A stretch of 64,000 bases of DNA, taken from Lytechinus pictus. Taxonomy: Eukaryota. The notes below the pieces were generated by a model. The model was not told where the DNA came from, made no database searches, and saw only the letters and a list, made by a program, of their open reading frames with translations. The DNA lies in assembly GCF_037042905.1 (NCBI RefSeq), contig NW_026974141.1, forward strand, positions 13,082,001-13,146,000, written 5' to 3'. Shown here one piece after another: positions 63,551 to 64,000 of this stretch (positions are counted from its first letter, which is position 1; every line of letters begins with the position of its first letter). Both the position numbers and the translations under genes were made by a program.

Positions 63551-64000
63551 GTAAGTGTTCTTTGCAATTTACAATTCATTTTTCTGCCTAGCTAAACATC
63601 AGTTTGTAGTTGATGTTATGTCATGTATTGTGGGAAAAATGCTGAGGAAATATAAACTGTTTTCTTGTAAGTGTTAGAATTTAATCAGAAATTCCAAGGA
63701 AAGATTTGAATATATTGATCATAATTGAGTTTGTATGAAGATTGTAAATGAAGACATTGCAGCTCAATCTACACATATTATTTTTTAATTCATGATGAGT
63801 AATACCTTTTTTTTCGATGTGTTGGAAACTCTCATCATTTCCCTTATGTAACACACATTGCTGTTCTTGATTTTTTCTTTCTGTGCATACATTTACATAT
63901 ACCTCTGTTTTATATTTTGTCTGACATACATATCCACATTGTACTGCACTTAACCCAGGTGAGATGAATGGGGTACCTGACAGGAATTTATTCCTTGAAA

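Overview
Eukaryotic, AT-rich, intron-rich animal DNA. The repeat content suggests a marine invertebrate deuterostome such as a sea urchin; that is inference only. Host genes: (1) the first coding exon of diacylglycerol lipase alpha (minus strand, running off the left edge); (2) a complete exostosin-2 (EXT2) gene, 10 coding exons, 706 aa; (3) a GNAT/YitH-like acetyltransferase-fold gene, 3 coding exons, 319 aa, minus strand; (4) the first 8 coding exons of an ArfGAP2/3 gene, running off the right edge. Between DAGLA and EXT2 lie a near-intact CR1/L2-group LINE (ORF1 = SAP + 3x37-aa repeats + SGNH esterase; ORF2 = APE-RT with one frameshift) and a very young full-length BEL/Pao LTR retrotransposon (573-bp LTRs, 5-bp TSD). 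Many SINEs and MITEs fill the introns. The most striking observation is that the BEL element has no tRNA primer-binding site. Instead, the 13 nt abutting its 5' LTR are exactly complementary to a sequence created only when a predicted GT-AG intron inside the LTR is spliced out, which suggests splicing-dependent self-priming of reverse transcription. Second, three CACTC-ended, 8-bp-TSD elements are stacked at one site in EXT2 intron 1, each with outward-facing exon/splice-donor modules at both ends. Third, degenerate echo copies of exon 3' ends recur downstream of EXT2 and GNAT exons.
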